Positions 22,689-24,206 of a stretch of DNA of 24,206 nucleotides are shown one piece after another. The stretch comes from a virus (taxonomy: Duplodnaviria; Caudoviricetes): IMG/VR virus record IMGVR_UViG_3300025632_000075, positions 1 to 24,206 of that record. One strand, given 5' to 3'. Numbering within the stretch: position 1 is the stretch's first letter; each line of letters starts with the position of its first letter. Both the position numbers and the translations under genes were made by a program. Below the pieces are notes generated by a model. It saw nothing but the letters and a program-made list of their open reading frames with translations. It made no database searches and was not told the DNA's origin.

Positions 22689-24198
22689 AATATTCGGCCC
22701 TCCCGGCACAGGCAAAACGACTACGCTGCTAAACATGGTGGACGATGCTCTGGCGGCGGGCACACACCCCCACCGCATTGCTTTCCTAGCCTTTACCCGC
22801 AAAGCGGCTAACGAGGCCAAGGAACGCGCTGCGGAACGCTTTGGGTTGGATGCCAAGAAAGACCTAATCTACTTCCGGACGTTGCACTCGCTTGCTCTAA
22901 CAATGACAGACATCCGTCCCGAGCAAGTTATGCAGGACGCTAACTTTAAAGAGCTTGGTCAGAAGATCGGCGTATCGCTGGGCGCAGCAAAAAACACCAG
23001 CTTTGACGAAGATATGCCTTCGGTAGTGTCGGGAAACGATCCCATACTAGGCCTGATTAACTTGGCAAGGCTGCGCAAAGTAGACCTTCGGGAACAATAT
23101 AACCAGAGCAATCTGGAAGAAGACTGGAATACTGTGAATTACGTGGACAAATGCTTGCGCGAATACAAAAAGGGTTTGGGTTTATACGACTTCACAGACA
23201 TGTTGGATCAGTTTGTATCTGGAAAAAACACATTCCGGCCTGAATTTGATCTATGCTTCTTGGACGAAGCGCAGGATTTAAGCCCGCTGCAATGGGATAT
23301 TGCTCATATCTTAGACGATAGCTCCAAGAGGATGTATTGCGCAGGAGACGATGACCAAGCTATCTACCGATGGGCGGGCGCAGATGTGGATCACTTCATA
23401 AACCTACCCGGCGGCTCCGAAACACTGTCGCAGTCATACCGCGTCCCCGAAACCGTTCACCACTTAGCCGAAAATATCGTGCGCCGCATCACGCGGAGGT
23501 TTCCCAAACGCTATGAACCAAAACCAGAGCGCGGTAAGGTGCAGCGCATAAGCCATATAAGTTCTTTGGACATGTCCGAGGATTCTTGGCTAATCCTGTC
23601 CCAAGCAGGCTATCAGTTACAGCCCGTAGCAAGTGACCTGAAATCAAACGGTTACCTGTTTACCTACCGCGGCCACCGGTCCATCAGCGAAAAGATATCT
23701 GAGGCGGTCAACGGCTGGGAGCAAATGCGTAAGGGGAAAGAGATATCGGGAGACGTGGCCCGTAAGATTTACAGCTACATGTCTACCGGAACACGCATCA
23801 CACGCGGATACAAAAAGATACCCGGGCTCGACGACAAGGAAATGGTTAACTTACAAGACTTGCGAGTTAACTATGGGCTATTAGTTGACGACACCATGAT
23901 ATGGTCAGAGGCCATGGATAATCTGCCCGAAATCGACAGGGCGTACATTACAGCAATGCTGCGGCGCGGCGAGAAGTTCAACAGCATTCCCCGTATCACG
24001 GCGTCCACGATCCACGGGTCAAAGGGTGGTGAGGCGGACAACGTTGTACTGTTCACGGACCTTAGTGCGGCTGCCGACAATGCTATGCGAATTAACCCTG
24101 ATGATATGCACCGAGTTTTCTACGTTGGGGTCACGCGTACCCGACAAAACTTGTATATTGTTGAACCGGAAGACGCGACAAGGAGTTACGATCTATGA
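22681..24198 (+). CDS. UvrD/Rep-like superfamily 1 helicase
   Basis: Start re-assigned to the ATG at 22681 (GGGAG RBS). Motifs GPPGTGKTT, AFTRKAA, TLHS, DEAQD, GDDDQAIY.W.GA, QSYR, STIHGSKGGE and FYVGVTR. Confidence 0.95.
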   Translation: MFRIFGPPGTGKTTTLLNMVDDALAAGTHPHRIAFLAFTRKAANEAKERAAERFGLDAKKDLIYFRTLHSLALTMTDIRPEQVMQDANFKELGQKIGVSLGAAKNTSFDEDMPSVVSGNDPILGLINLARLRKVDLREQYNQSNLEEDWNTVNYVDKCLREYKKGLGLYDFTDMLDQFVSGKNTFRPEFDLCFLDEAQDLSPLQWDIAHILDDSSKRMYCAGDDDQAIYRWAGADVDHFINLPGGSETLSQSYRVPETVHHLAENIVRRITRRFPKRYEPKPERGKVQRISHISSLDMSEDSWLILSQAGYQLQPVASDLKSNGYLFTYRGHRSISEKISEAVNGWEQMRKGKEISGDVARKIYSYMSTGTRITRGYKKIPGLDDKEMVNLQDLRVNYGLLVDDTMIWSEAMDNLPEIDRAYITAMLRRGEKFNSIPRITASTIHGSKGGEADNVVLFTDLSAAADNAMRINPDDMHRVFYVGVTRTRQNLYIVEPEDATRSYDL

Positions 24199-24206
24199 AG
24201 TGTTGG

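Noticed and set aside
24195-24206. Start of the next gene (ATGA overlap, MKCW...)
   Set aside because: Only four codons are visible, too little to call.

Overview
This 24.2 kb window looks like part of a dsDNA tailed bacteriophage genome. The virion is probably short-tailed (podovirus-like) and the host probably a marine alphaproteobacterium; both points are inferences. From memory the layout resembles HTVC023P-/CRP-901-type marine phages, but I could not check this by search. There are three modules. (1) 1-2400 (+): a lysis/membrane cluster of small membrane and Cys-containing proteins, two holin-like genes (one with a canonical EF-hand loop) and a peptidase M15 endolysin. (2) 2458-17884 (+): a translationally coupled virion operon with a tail hub/nozzle-like protein, two small proteins and five large putative internal/ejection proteins, the last carrying a lytic transglycosylase (SLT) domain. 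(3) 17879-24206: a replication module. A SNF2-like helicase and a 48-aa ORF lie on the minus strand. They diverge, through symmetric overlapping sigma70-type promoters, from a conserved hypothetical gene, an SSB-like gene, an AEP primase, a 50-aa HTH gene and a UvrD-like helicase. I found five small ORFs missing from the supplied track. The most interesting signal is a set of short motifs shared among the putative ejection proteins: [FYML]-x-x-GG, GI-x-x-[LF], a duplicated D..A....GE module and plesiocin-like T-T-x-A-x-G-E-D repeats. These may form a processing or cargo-loading code. Also notable are a terminator/anti-RBS RNA switch before the primase and the twin promoters. I saw no tRNA, rRNA, CRISPR array or integrase.
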